Below, in pieces: positions 18,061-28,197 of a DNA stretch of 64,000 bases (its first letter is position 1; each line of letters starts with the position of its first letter). The DNA comes from an uncultured Chloroflexia bacterium (GTDB lineage Bacteria; Chloroflexota; Anaerolineae; CG2-30-64-16), in the NCBI GenBank assembly GCA_963774265.1, contig CAVZDU010000001.1, positions 1,280,001 through 1,344,000 on the forward strand, read 5' to 3'. The notes below the pieces were generated by a model that was not told where the DNA came from, did not search any database, and saw nothing but the letters and a program-made list of their open reading frames with translations. Position numbers and translations under genes: made by a program.

Positions 18061-20792
18061 TTACTCCAGCGAAGCGTGATCGAGCGCGATGGTGACGGAG
18101 ACCGGTTCTCCGCGGCCGGCGCCGAGAGTCTCGGCCGGGAGGCCGGTCAGGCCGTAGGGCATCCAGGCAGCGCCGGCCGGCATTGCTGGATCCGCGCGCA
18201 GTTCGACGGTGACGCTGGCCAGCGCGGAGGTGACGGTGGCCAGGGTGACGATTGAAGATTGAAGATTGACGATTGAAGATAGGTCGGCCGGGTTGAGCGC
18301 GATGAATGGCGCCGGGATCTTCGCCCGGACCTGCTCGGCCGCGTGCTGCATCAGCACCCCGCCGTCCCACAGGATGGGGCCGGCGATGAGATTGAAGGAT
18401 GAAGGTTGAAGGTTTGAAGGTTGAAGGTCATTCTCACCAATCTTCAATCTGGAATCTTCAATCTTCAATCCGTACCCTTCCCCCGCCCACTGCCGCCCCT
18501 GGTCGGTGAGCGCGTCCCAGCGCAGAGCTGCGTAGACGGGGACGGCTTTGGTGATTTCTTCGAGCACGGACTGGGCGCTGGCGTAAGTCCAGGGTTTGGC
18601 CGCGAAACCGGTCTTGGCGGCCTGCGCGTGCTTCTTTCGCTTCCAGTCGGGGACCGCAGCGGCCCCCTGCGCTCCTGCGAGCGCGGGCGTTGGCGCCTCC
18701 ACGGCGTCGCGGCCCTGAGTCGCCATCCAACGCTCGGCCAATCGGGTCAGGATCGCCCAGCCGGGCAGCGCATCCCCCACCGGCTCAATGCCGGCCGGGC
18801 CGCGCTGGACGCGACGCTCGAGGTTGGTGTAGGTCCCATCGGACTCGGCCCAGGATGTCGCTGGCAGGACCACATGCGCGAGCCGGGCCGTCTTGGTCAG
18901 GAACAAGTCCTGAACCACCAGGAAGCCCAGCTTAGCCAGCGCCTCAGCCGCCCGCGCGGATGCGCCGGGGTCCGCCTCAATAACGTACAGCCCTTTCACG
19001 CCGCCTTCGAGCATCGCCGTGTAACTCAGTCCGGGCTCCGCGGGCGGCTGCACCCCCCACAGCTTGCCCAGCCGTTCGCGCACCGCGGCATCGCCCACCG
19101 GGAGCTGGCCGGGCAGGCTGTCGCTGACCACGCCCATGTCGCGCAGACCCTGGCCGTTGGGCTCATGGCCGATGTACGCGAGCTCACCGCGGCCGAGGAG
19201 CGCGGCGATGTTGTTCAGCGCGCTGACCGTCAGCCGCCCGCGCTCCCCGCGCGCCGCGTCAGGGCCGTAGATGAACAGCGGCGATTTGGCGGCGACGAGA
19301 AGATCGGCGGCGCGCCGAATGAAAGATTCAACGTAGGGGGCGACCTGCGTGTCGCCCCTGCGCCCCCCGGCGCCCGCCATCTGGCTGACCTGTTGCGGCC
19401 TGCCGCCCCGCGCATGTGGATCCGCTTTCGGCGGCGCGACTTTGGCCGCCTGCAGCAGCGACGCGATCTCGTTCAGCGCTGCCGCTTCACCCCCTGGCTG
19501 CACCGCGATGGTCGCGCCCTTGCCGTCATCGGTGTACCGCGCGAGCTCGATGCGCCGCGGATTGAGGATGATCAGCTTCGCGCTCTTGCGCCGGACCGCC
19601 CGCTTGATGTGCAGATCGAGCACCGGCGTCGCCTCGCTCGGATCAAACCCCACCAGCACTATCACATCGCTCTCGCCGATGTCGGCGATCGCCGAGAGCC
19701 CGGTCGGTGCTGCCCGCACACCCGCCCCTTCCGAGAAGTCGACGTTGTTCGTGCCGACCAGGCCGCGGAAGAACTTCTGGAACAGATATGCGGCCTCGTT
19801 CGAGATCCGGCCGCCCGCGATGCCCCCGATGGGAGCACCCCCGGTGGGGGCACCCCCATGGGGGCAATAGCCCTGAAGCCCTCCACCACAGCCGCCAGCG
19901 CCTCATCCCAACTGGCCGGCCGCAGTGCACCGTTCTCCCGGATCATCGGCGTCTTGAGCCGCTCCGGGTGGTCGACGTGCTGGTGCAGGAAGCGCCCCTT
20001 ATCGCAGATCCACTCGTCGTTGACCGCCATGTTCTCGCGGGCTACGATGCGGCGCAACGTATGCACCCGCTCGTCCAGGCGCAGGTTGCAGCCCACGGGG
20101 CAGTGGGTGCAGATGCTCGGTGTCTTGCGCAGCTCCCAGGGGCGGTACTTGAAGCGGGCGACCCGGTTGGTCAGCGCGCCGACCGGGCAGATGTCGATGA
20201 TGCTGCCCGAGGTCCTGGCGTCCACCGGCTTGCCGGGAAACACATCGATGAGCGTCTCGCCCCCGCGCTCGAATAGCCCGATCTGCGGCTTATCTTCCCA
20301 CTCTTCGAGGTAGCGGATGCAACGCCAGCACAAGATGCAGCGCTCCTGGTCCAGCATGATCAGATCGCTGATGGGGTAGTGCTTCTTCTTGCGCCGCTTG
20401 GCCTCGATGAACTTGCTCGCACCCGGCCCGTATTCCATCGTGTTGTCTTGCAGCGGGCACTCGCCGCCCTTATCACAGATCGGGCAGTCGAGCGGGTGGT
20501 TGATCAGGATGAAGCCGAGCACCGCCTCGCGCGCCTCCCGCACCGCCTCACTGTTCGTCACGACGACCATGCCCTCGCTCACGCGCACCGTGCAGGCTGT
20601 ATCCAGCCGGCTCCCGCGCGGCCCGGGGAACTCCACCAGGCACATCCGACACGCGCCCAGCGGGTCCAGCTTCGGGTGCGAGCAGAAAATCGGAATCTCA
20701 ACCCCCGCCGCCTTCGCCGCGTCGATCACCAGCGCCCCCGCAGGGACCTGGACCTTGATGTCGTCGATGGTCACATTGACCAGATCTGCCAT
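18061..20792 (-). CDS. nuoG: NADH-quinone oxidoreductase subunit G; frameshift near 19830-19866
   Basis: CRMCLVE, HPLDCPICDKGGECPLQD, CILCWRCIR, CTHCPVGC (N7); continues IGGIAGGRISNEAAY after a -1 shift; DGTYTNLERRVQ. Confidence 0.9.
18250..18280. repeat. heptamer array, in frame in NuoG
   Basis: gattgaagattgaagattgacgattgaagat = SSIVNLQSSI. Confidence 0.85.
18390..18470. repeat. inverted pair of heptamer arrays, in frame in NuoG
   Basis: Encodes GLKIEDSRLKIGENDLQPSNLQPSSFNL. Confidence 0.85.
19333..19361. repeat. family A REP, in frame in NuoG
   Basis: gtagggggcgacctgcgtgtcgcccctgc = RRGDTQVAPY on the minus strand. Confidence 0.88.
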
Positions 20793-20807
20793 ACGTTTCC
20801 CCTTGGC

Positions 20808-20886
20808 GATTACAGATTGAAAATTGAAAATTGAAGATTGAAGATGACGAGCCCGATCTTCAATCTGTAATCTTCAATCTTCCATC
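20808..20886. repeat. inverted heptamer arrays between nuoEF and nuoG
   Basis: (GATTGAA-like)x5, spacer, (TCTTCAA-like)x4. Confidence 0.88.
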
Positions 20887-20888
20887 CG

Positions 20889-22898
20889 CTACCGTTTCAT
20901 CGTCGGCGCGTTATACTGCTCCTCGAGCGGCAGCGCCGGCTCCGTCACCCCGGACGGCGCACCCGCGTCGGGCCGGTACGTGGGCCGGATCGGGATCACA
21001 AACTGCCTGGACGCCGCGGCGATCGCCGCCTCGAACTCGGGGCGGAACTTCGCCAGGTTGCTCTGCAGGCCCCAGACCGCCGCGTACGAGAACGGGCAGA
21101 AGCTCTTCCCCGCGATCATGTCCGCGATGTAGAGCATCAGAGCGATGTCGTCCGTGCGGCCCTCGCCCCGCTCCACGCGCTCCAGGATGTCCTCCAGCCA
21201 GCCCGTCCCCTCCCGGCACGGCGTGCACTTGCCGCAGCTTTCCTCGCGGTAGAACGCGATCGTCCGCCGCGCCACCTCGACCAGGCTCTGGTTCTGGCCG
21301 ATCACGATCACCGCGGCCGCGCCGAGGCTCGATCCGGCTTTCGTGATGCTGTCGAAGTCCATCGGCGTGTCCAGCTGGCTCTCGTCCAGCATCTGCATTG
21401 ACAGCCCGCCGGGGATGATCGCCTTCAGGCCCCCCGCATCCTCGGTCAGCCCGCCCGCCCAGTCATAAACCAGCTCGCGTAGCGTCACCCCGTGCGGCAG
21501 CTCGTACAGCCCGGGCTTCTGGACCTGGCCGCTGATGCCGTAAATGCGGAAACCGGTGCTGCTGGGCGGGCCCCACTGCCGGTACCAGTCCGCCCCGTTC
21601 CTCAGCACGTGCGGCACATTGGCGATCGTCTCCACGTTGTTCACGATCGTCGGCTTGCCGTACAGCCCCGAGACCGCCGGGAAGGGCGGCTTGAGCCGCG
21701 GATGGCCCCGGTAGCCTTCCAGCGAGGACAGTTGCGCCGTCTCCTCGCCGCACTCGTACACGCCCGCGCCGCGGTGGACCACCACCTGTAGGGGGCGACC
21801 ACGATGCGCCGCATCGCCGTGTCGCCCCAGGCGACCGGACGACGGGGCGACACGCAGGTCGCCCCCTACGTCCCGCCCTAGGTCGCCCCCTACGTCCCGC
21901 CCTAGGGCGCCCAGGATCCCCGCCGCCTCAGCCTCCGCGATCGCGCCCTCCAGCCGCTGCGCCGCAAAATAATACTCCCCGCGCACATAGATGAACGCCC
22001 GCTCGGCCTCGATCGCATAGCATGTCAGGATGATCCCCTCCAGCAGCTGGTGCGGGTCATACTCCATAATCATGCGGTCCTTGAACGTGCCCGGCTCCGA
22101 TTCATCCGCGTTGACCACCAGGTAGCGCGGAGTGACCCCCGCGGGAAGAAAGCCCCACTTGACCCCCGCCGAAAACCCCACGCCCCCGCGCCCCCGCACA
22201 TTCGCCGCCTTCATCTCCTCGATCACCTGGCCGGGCGTCTTACCGCCGAGAACCGCCTGCGCGGTCTCATACCCGCCCCCCGCGCGATACACGGCCAGCG
22301 TGTGCGAATCCGGTTTATCCACATTGGCGAGCAGGAAATTCGTGTCCGGCCGGCCGCCGTGGCGGAACGGACCGGTCGGCCAGCGCTCCGTCGTATCGAA
22401 GCCGTGGCCCGACACAATCAGCGCCAGCGCCTCGTCGACCTTCTCCGGCGTGTCCAGCTCCTCGAAATAGCGGATCCGGCCGGTCTGCCGCTCCGTGGCC
22501 ATGAACATCGGCGCGGTTGCACACGCCCCCAGGCACTCCACATGGCCCAGCGTGAACCGGCCATCCCGCGTTGTCTGGCCGAAGCGGACCCCCACCCGCT
22601 CCTCCAGCGCCCGGGTCAGCTGCCCCGCGCCCCGCAGCATGCACGGCACATTGTCGCACACCTCAATCGTGACTTCGCCCGGCTCGCGGTGCACGTGATA
22701 CATATGGTAGAAGCTGGCGAACTCGCCCACCTCCGCCGCGTCCAGCCCGAACAGCGCGCCCACCTCCGCGAGCACCTCCGCCGGCAGCCACCCGCGCTCC
22801 ACCTGCGCCACATACAGCGCCGGCCCCAGCGCGGACCGGGGGACGGGATAACGGGCCTGCAGGGCCCGAATTTCAGCAATAGCTCTATCGGAAAGCAC
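20889..22898 (-). CDS. nuoEF: fused NADH-quinone oxidoreductase subunits E and F
   Basis: NuoE: SFYHMY, CDNVPC, ECLGAC; NuoF: GRGGVGF, NADESEPGTFKDR, YECGEETA, ESCGKCTPCREG, SFCP; single ORF. Confidence 0.92.
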   Translation of the reverse strand: MLSDRAIAEIRALQARYPVPRSALGPALYVAQVERGWLPAEVLAEVGALFGLDAAEVGEFASFYHMYHVHREPGEVTIEVCDNVPCMLRGAGQLTRALEERVGVRFGQTTRDGRFTLGHVECLGACATAPMFMATERQTGRIRYFEELDTPEKVDEALALIVSGHGFDTTERWPTGPFRHGGRPDTNFLLANVDKPDSHTLAVYRAGGGYETAQAVLGGKTPGQVIEEMKAANVRGRGGVGFSAGVKWGFLPAGVTPRYLVVNADESEPGTFKDRMIMEYDPHQLLEGIILTCYAIEAERAFIYVRGEYYFAAQRLEGAIAEAEAAGILGALGRDVGGDLGRDVGGDLRVAPSSGRLGRHGDAAHRGRPLQVVVHRGAGVYECGEETAQLSSLEGYRGHPRLKPPFPAVSGLYGKPTIVNNVETIANVPHVLRNGADWYRQWGPPSSTGFRIYGISGQVQKPGLYELPHGVTLRELVYDWAGGLTEDAGGLKAIIPGGLSMQMLDESQLDTPMDFDSITKAGSSLGAAAVIVIGQNQSLVEVARRTIAFYREESCGKCTPCREGTGWLEDILERVERGEGRTDDIALMLYIADMIAGKSFCPFSYAAVWGLQSNLAKFRPEFEAAIAAASRQFVIPIRPTYRPDAGAPSGVTEPALPLEEQYNAPTMKR
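21788..21905 (-). repeat. long composite family A REP with 24-bp duplication, in frame in the NuoF part
   Basis: Encodes LGRDVGGDLGRDVGGDLRVAPSSGRLGRHGDAAHRGRPLQ. Confidence 0.9.
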
Positions 22899-22912
22899 TC
22901 AGACCTCCACCT

Positions 22913-22976
22913 ATTACAGATTGAAGATTACAGATTGAAGATCGGGTTCGTAATCTTCAATCTTCAATCTTCAATC
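22913..22976. repeat. inverted heptamer arrays between nuoCD and nuoEF
   Basis: attacagattgaagattacagattgaagat-cgggttcg-taatcttcaatcttcaatcttcaatc. Confidence 0.88.
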
Positions 22977-22977
22977 G

Positions 22978-24837
22978 TTAACGGTCAACATCCCCCAACA
23001 CAATATCGATCGTCCCGATATTAATAATCAGGTCCGCAATCAGCCGCCCCTGCGACATCACATTCAGCGCCTGCAGATTATGGAACGAAGGCGTCCGGTA
23101 GCGCAGGCGGTATGGCATCCCCGAGCCATCGCTGACCAGGTAGAACCCCACCTCCCCGCGCGGGCTCTCCACGCACTCGTAGATCTCCCCCTTGGGCGGC
23201 GTCATCCCCTCCGTGTTCAGCTTGAAGTGGTGAATCACCGCCTCCATGCTCGTATCCAGCTCCTGGCGCGGCGGCAGCGCCATCTTGCGGTCCGCCGTCC
23301 ACACCGGGCCCTCAGGCATGTCGGCGAGCCGCGCCAGCCCTTGCTCCACGATCCGCAGGCTCTGGCGCATCTCCTCGATCCGCACCAGGTAGCGCGCATA
23401 CGCATCCCCGTCCGTCGCCGTCGCCATTTTGAAATCAAAATCCTCGTAACCGCTGTACGGCCGCAGCTTCCGGTAATCCAGCGGCACGCCCGACGCGCGC
23501 GCCAGCGGCCCGGATAGCCCCAGCGCCAGGCACTGGTCCGCGCTCAGCTTGCCCACGCCGACCGTGCGCGCCTTCCAGACCGGGTTCTCCGTCATAAAGC
23601 GTTCGTACTCATCGAAATGGCTGGGGAAAGTGCGCAGGATATCGCCCACACGCTCGCTGAACGCGGGCGGGACATCGCGCCAGACGCCCCCGGGCCGGAT
23701 GTAGGACGTCGTCAGCCGTGCGCCGCTGACCAGCTCGAAGATATCCAGCAGCTGCTCGCGCTCGCGGAACGCGTACATCAGCATCGCGTGGCTCATCCCG
23801 GACGCGTCCATCACACTCGTCCCCAGCCACAGCAAATGCGACGCGACGCGCTGCAGCTCGGCCATCACCACCCGCAGCACCTGGCCGCGCGGGGGAATCT
23901 CCACCCCCATCAGCTTCTCCACGGCCAGCGCATACCCCAGGTTATTGCACATCGACGCGACATAGTCCGACCGGTCCGTGTAGGGCAGGAAATCCTTATA
24001 CCGGATCGTCTCCCCCTGCTTCTCGAAGCCCGAGTGCAGGTAGCCCAGGTCCGGGTACGCCGCCACCACCGTCTCCCCGTCCAGCTCCACCACCACCCGC
24101 AGCACCCCGTGCGTCGCTGGGTGGTGCGGCCCCAAGTTCAGGATCATGTGCTTGTTCCCGTCCGCCTGCTTCGGCGGGACCTGCGGCGCCGCCCGCGCCT
24201 CGATGATCTGCTGCCCGAAGCTCTCGAACTCCTCGTCCTCCCACGTCATCGAAAAAGGCACCGTTTCCCCCCCGCGCGGCACGTCCTTGCGCAGCGGATG
24301 ATTGGGCCAGTCGTGCGGCATCATAATGCGGCGCAGATCGGGATGGCCCTCGAAGCGGATGCCCATCAGGTCGTAGACCTCGCGCTCCGGCCAATCCGCA
24401 CCGGGCCACAATGACGTCAGGCTGGGGACGGAGACAGCGGATTGCAGATTGGAGATTGAAGATTGGGTGGCGGCCGTGACCTTCTCCCTCGCCAGCGCGG
24501 GGACCTTGAGGCTGATGCGCTGCGCGGTCGTGGGGGAAAAGAGCTGGTAGACCGTCGTGAAGCGGGCTGGGCCCGCGTGGCCGGGATACTCGCTCCAATC
24601 CACCGAAGTCACGTTGGACAGGTGGCGGTAAGCCAGCTGGGCATCATCCCGCAGCAGGCGCGCGACGCCGACCAGGTCCTCCGGCCGGATGGTCAGGGTC
24701 GTTTCACCTCGATGCGTGGCGGCGCCCAGGATAGCGGCGGGGAAGCGGCCGCGGATCTTATCGACGGCCGCCAGCGCCGCGGCTCCATCCGGGATTGCGC
24801 CATCCGGGATGGCAGCGACATCGGGGGTGGGAGTCAT
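22978..24837 (-). CDS. nuoCD: fused NADH-quinone oxidoreductase subunits C and D
   Basis: [24 protein letters not shown]; [38 protein letters not shown]. Confidence 0.95.
   Translation of the reverse strand: MTPTPDVAAIPDGAIPDGAAALAAVDKIRGRFPAAILGAATHRGETTLTIRPEDLVGVARLLRDDAQLAYRHLSNVTSVDWSEYPGHAGPARFTTVYQLFSPTTAQRISLKVPALAREKVTAATQSSISNLQSAVSVPSLTSLWPGADWPEREVYDLMGIRFEGHPDLRRIMMPHDWPNHPLRKDVPRGGETVPFSMTWEDEEFESFGQQIIEARAAPQVPPKQADGNKHMILNLGPHHPATHGVLRVVVELDGETVVAAYPDLGYLHSGFEKQGETIRYKDFLPYTDRSDYVASMCNNLGYALAVEKLMGVEIPPRGQVLRVVMAELQRVASHLLWLGTSVMDASGMSHAMLMYAFREREQLLDIFELVSGARLTTSYIRPGGVWRDVPPAFSERVGDILRTFPSHFDEYERFMTENPVWKARTVGVGKLSADQCLALGLSGPLARASGVPLDYRKLRPYSGYEDFDFKMATATDGDAYARYLVRIEEMRQSLRIVEQGLARLADMPEGPVWTADRKMALPPRQELDTSMEAVIHHFKLNTEGMTPPKGEIYECVESPRGEVGFYLVSDGSGMPYRLRYRTPSFHNLQALNVMSQGRLIADLIINIGTIDIVLGDVDR
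24440..24465. repeat. heptamer array, in frame in the NuoC part
   Basis: gattgcagattggagattgaagattg = QSSISNLQS. Confidence 0.8.
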
Positions 24838-25361
24838 GCGGAACCTCCGGCCTTGTTGACCGAATCTTCAATCTCGTCGTACCGTCGATCCCGGAACTTC
24901 TCCGTCGCGATCTTCTGCTGCAGCAGCGTGAGCGCGTAGAAAAGCGCCTCGGGCCGCGGCGGGCAGCCCGGCACATATACGTCTACCGGCAGGATCTTAT
25001 CGACGCCCTGGATAATCGCGTAATTGTTGAAGGGCCCGCCCGCGCTCGCGCAGATCCCCATCGCGATCACCCACTTCGGCTCGAGCATCTGGTCGTAGAT
25101 GCGCTTGATCACCGGCGCCATCTTCTGGCTGACCCGGCCGGACACGATCAGCAGGTCCGCCTGGCGCGGCGACGCGCGGAAGACCTCCGAGCCGAAGCGC
25201 GCGATATCGAAGCGGCTGCCGCCCGCCGCAATCTGCTCGATCGCGCAGCAGGCCAGGCCGAACGTGAGCGGGTAGATCGAGTATTTGCGCCCCCAGTTGA
25301 CCGCTTTCTCCAGCGTCGTCGTGACCAAGCCCTCAGCGGGCAGTTTTTCTTCGAGACCCAT
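24834..25361 (-). CDS. nuoB: NADH-quinone oxidoreductase subunit B
   Basis: [35 protein letters not shown]. Confidence 0.96.
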   Translation of the reverse strand: MGLEEKLPAEGLVTTTLEKAVNWGRKYSIYPLTFGLACCAIEQIAAGGSRFDIARFGSEVFRASPRQADLLIVSGRVSQKMAPVIKRIYDQMLEPKWVIAMGICASAGGPFNNYAIIQGVDKILPVDVYVPGCPPRPEALFYALTLLQQKIATEKFRDRRYDEIEDSVNKAGGSA

Positions 25362-25377
25362 GCGTATCTCCATTACC

Positions 25378-25448
25378 GATTGAAAACTACAGATTGAAGA
25401 TTGCAGATTGCGGCGGAATCTTCAATCCTTATTCTTCAATCTTCAATC
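25378..25448. repeat. inverted heptamer arrays between nuoA and nuoB
   Basis: gattgaaaactacagattgaagattgcagattg..aatcttcaatccttattcttcaatcttcaatc. Confidence 0.85.
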
Positions 25449-25451
25449 GCC

Positions 25452-25808
25452 TCATTGCCATTTGAAGGCGTCGTTTTTCCATGCGTAGATGAAGCCGACG
25501 AGCAGGATGACGACGAAGATGGCTATTTCGATGAGGCCGAAGAGGCCCAGTTTGCGTGCGGCGACGGCCCAGGGATACATCAGGATGACCTCGACATCGA
25601 AGAGGATGAAGAGGACTGCGATGACGTAGAACTGGACAGGGAAGCGGCGCCTGGCGTCACCGAAGGGAAGGATGCCGGACTCGTAGGGTTCGCGCTTGGC
25701 GGGGTTGTGGCGTTTGGGGCCGAGGAGGGCGGATACGCCCAGCGCGAACGCCGCGAACCCGAAAGCCACGACGACCATCACAAGAATAGGAAGATAGCCT
25801 TCTGGCAT
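25452..25808 (-). CDS. nuoA: NADH-quinone oxidoreductase subunit A (operon 1)
   Basis: KREPYESG, FILFDVEVILMYPWA; GGAG RBS. Confidence 0.95.
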   Translation of the reverse strand: MPEGYLPILVMVVVAFGFAAFALGVSALLGPKRHNPAKREPYESGILPFGDARRRFPVQFYVIAVLFILFDVEVILMYPWAVAARKLGLFGLIEIAIFVVILLVGFIYAWKNDAFKWQ

Positions 25809-25897
25809 GTCTTGCTCCGAAAAAGCCTCATGAATGTGAGGTGGATGAAGATCCAGGCTGGCAGCGCATGGCGTAGCCCACCCTCGCGCGCTGGCGA

Positions 25898-25927
25898 AGT
25901 CTATCACGAATGATTTGGGCTTGTCAA
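25898..25927 (-). promoter_or_regulatory. candidate sigma70 promoter for nuo operon 1
   Basis: TTGACA-18 nt-TAGACT on the minus strand; spacer contains the inverted repeat ATCA-cgaa-TGAT. Confidence 0.5.
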
Positions 25928-25991
25928 AACATAATCTTTCTGGCCGATCCTTTCTGTAACGATAGTCACAAATATTTTCACGCTGCACGCT

Positions 25992-26020
25992 TTGCGTTCT
26001 AATTACGATCATGCTACAAT
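25992..26020 (+). promoter_or_regulatory. candidate sigma70 promoter for nuo operon 2
   Basis: TTGCGT-17 nt-TACAAT with extended TG. Confidence 0.6.
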
Positions 26021-26133
26021 GCGCACGTTCTGTGCCGGGTGTCTCAGTTCCTCTCTCCGGCGTAGCCACATAGGAACGGCCTTCACCGCAAGCGCTCGGC
26101 TTTTGGCGCGCGCTGCCCAAAGGAGGGTTGACC

Positions 26134-26490
26134 GTGCTCTCGCAGTACGCATTTATCGGTGTCTTTGCCATTATCACTTTCGGGCTGCCTGTCATTGGCT
26201 TGGTCATGGCGTGGCTGCTCCGTCCCAAGAAACCCAACCCAGCCAAGAACGCTACCTATGAATGCGGCATGGAGACCATCGGTGACACCTGGGTTCAGTT
26301 CAAGGCACAGTACTACTTGTATGCCCTGGTGTTCGTGGTTTTCGATGTTGAAGCCATCTTCGTTTTTCCCTGGGCTGTGGCTTACGACAAGCTGGGTCTC
26401 TATGCCCTGGTCGAGATGGTGCTCTTCGTGCTAATCTTGCTGGGCGGCCTGCTTTACGCCTGGCAGAAGAAAGCGTTGGAGTGGCATTGA
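26134..26490 (+). CDS. nuoA: NADH-quinone oxidoreductase subunit A (operon 2)
   Basis: KNATYECG, VVFDVEAIFVFPWA; AGGAGG RBS before GTG. Confidence 0.95.
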   Translation: MLSQYAFIGVFAIITFGLPVIGLVMAWLLRPKKPNPAKNATYECGMETIGDTWVQFKAQYYLYALVFVVFDVEAIFVFPWAVAYDKLGLYALVEMVLFVLILLGGLLYAWQKKALEWH

Positions 26491-26491
26491 T

Positions 26492-27670
26492 ATGGACTAC
26501 GTGCTTGATTTCTTCGTCAACCTGGGCCGCTCCTGGACAAATTGGCTGAGTGGTTTCCTGCCTGAGTGGGGCGTCACCACAATCAATTACATTGTGATCG
26601 GCATCATTCTCGTTTTGATGCCGGTGATCGCCACCCTAACGCTGACCTGGATGGAGCGTAAAGTCATCGGCCGCATTCAAAATCGCCTTGGGCCGAACCG
26701 GGTGGGCCCCTGGGGTCTCTTCCAAGCCATCGCGGACGCGGTGAAGATGCTGATTAAGGAAGATATTATTCCCGATGGCGCGGACCGGCCGGTGTTCAAC
26801 CTCGCTCCGATCCTGATCGCCGGCGCGGCGGGCCTGGTGTGGGCGGTCGTACCTTTCGGTAGGGGGATGATCGGCACCGACCTCAACGTAGGTGTTCTGT
26901 ACCTGGTTGCGGTCGGCTCGATCACCACCGTCTCGGTCATCATGGCCGGGTGGGGTTCGAACAATAAGTTCGCGCTGATCGGTGCATTTCGCGGCATGGC
27001 ACAGCTCCTCAGCTACGAAGTCCCGATGATCCTGTCCATCGCCACGGTCGTGCTACTCGCCGGTTCAATGAGCACGATGCGCATCGTTGAGGCGCAACAG
27101 ATCCCCTTCATTCTCGTTCTGCCGGTGGCTTTCATTGGTTACTTCCTGGCCGCGGCCGCTGAAGTGGGCCGGGCGCCGTTCGACCTGCTCGAAGCCGACT
27201 CCGAGATCGTCGCCGGTTATTTTATTGAGTACAGTGGTTTGAAGTTCGGTTGGTTCTATATTGCCGAGTATGGCAACCTGTTTGCAGTTTCGGCGATCAC
27301 AGCCACGTTGTTCCTCGGCGGCTGGCGCGGGCCGTTCTCCCATGAGGCGCCGGTGCTGGGGCCGCTCTATTTCATCATCAAGACGCTGCTCGTGGTGTTT
27401 CTCATGATGTGGATCCGAGGCACGTGGCCTCGTTTTCGCATCGATCAGATGCTGGGCTTTGCCTGGAAGGTGCTGGTTCCTGCGTCGTTGGCGAACCTTT
27501 TGTGGGTGGCTATCGTGCTCAAAATCGCTGTTCCGACGATCGTGCAGTGGGCGCTGATGCTTGGCGGCAATCTGCTGATATTGGTGGTCGCCGCAACCAT
27601 GCTCGGGCGTGCAGCAAAGCGCTATGCCGAGCGACGTAATCATGCACCGCTTTCGTCGGGAGTCGTTTGA
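26492..27670 (+). CDS. nuoH: NADH-quinone oxidoreductase subunit H (operon 2)
   Basis: ERKVIGRIQNRLGPNRVG, SNNKF, RAPFDLLEADSEIVAGY, PRFRIDQ. Confidence 0.95.
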   Translation: MDYVLDFFVNLGRSWTNWLSGFLPEWGVTTINYIVIGIILVLMPVIATLTLTWMERKVIGRIQNRLGPNRVGPWGLFQAIADAVKMLIKEDIIPDGADRPVFNLAPILIAGAAGLVWAVVPFGRGMIGTDLNVGVLYLVAVGSITTVSVIMAGWGSNNKFALIGAFRGMAQLLSYEVPMILSIATVVLLAGSMSTMRIVEAQQIPFILVLPVAFIGYFLAAAAEVGRAPFDLLEADSEIVAGYFIEYSGLKFGWFYIAEYGNLFAVSAITATLFLGGWRGPFSHEAPVLGPLYFIIKTLLVVFLMMWIRGTWPRFRIDQMLGFAWKVLVPASLANLLWVAIVLKIAVPTIVQWALMLGGNLLILVVAATMLGRAAKRYAERRNHAPLSSGVV

Positions 27671-27703
27671 TCCGCCATTGCTTTGTTTGATGGGGATGCA
27701 ATC

Positions 27704-28196
27704 ATGCAACAAGTGATGTTCATCGTTCTCAGCGCGGTCACCTTGATCTCTGGGGCGCTGGTCGTGACCACGCGGAGCCTGTTCAGGTCGGCGCTGTGGT
27801 TAGTGCTGAGCTTTTTTGGCATCGCAGGGTTGTTTGTCCTGCTAAATGCTGAGTTCCTCGCCGTTGCCCAGATCCCTCATCTATGTCGGCGCCATCTCAA
27901 CCCTGATCATTTTTGCGATCATGCTGAGCCGCGGGGTCATGGATCCTGAGACTCGGCGTTTCAACGATCAGTGGGGTTTGGTGGCGGGCTTCGGCGCGGT
28001 CCTTTTCGTGTTGCTGGCGGCCATTCTGACCCGAGTGCAATGGCCCATCGCCGCCGGTGAGGTTCCCGCTGATGCAATACAGCGTCTAGGCGCCGACTTT
28101 GTCGGCCCGTACGTTATTCCCTTCGAAGTTGCCTCTGTTTTGCTGGTCGTCGCCATGATCGGCGCCATCATTATCGCACGTGAGCGGGAGAACTAG
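27704..28196 (+). CDS. nuoJ: NADH-quinone oxidoreductase subunit J (operon 2); +1 frameshift near 27874-27876
   Basis: AEFLAVAQI/LIYVGAI split by an extra C in atccctc; PFEVASVLL. Confidence 0.9.
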
Positions 28197-28197
28197 C

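Noticed and set aside
11769-25448. Repeats as a possible CRISPR array
   Set aside because: No constant repeat-spacer periodicity and no cas genes; units are 7-mers or dispersed palindromes
25900-25985. Rex or other redox-regulator operator between the nuo operons
   Set aside because: Only partial half-sites (tcacaa, ttcacg); no convincing TTGTGAA-N4-TTCACAA
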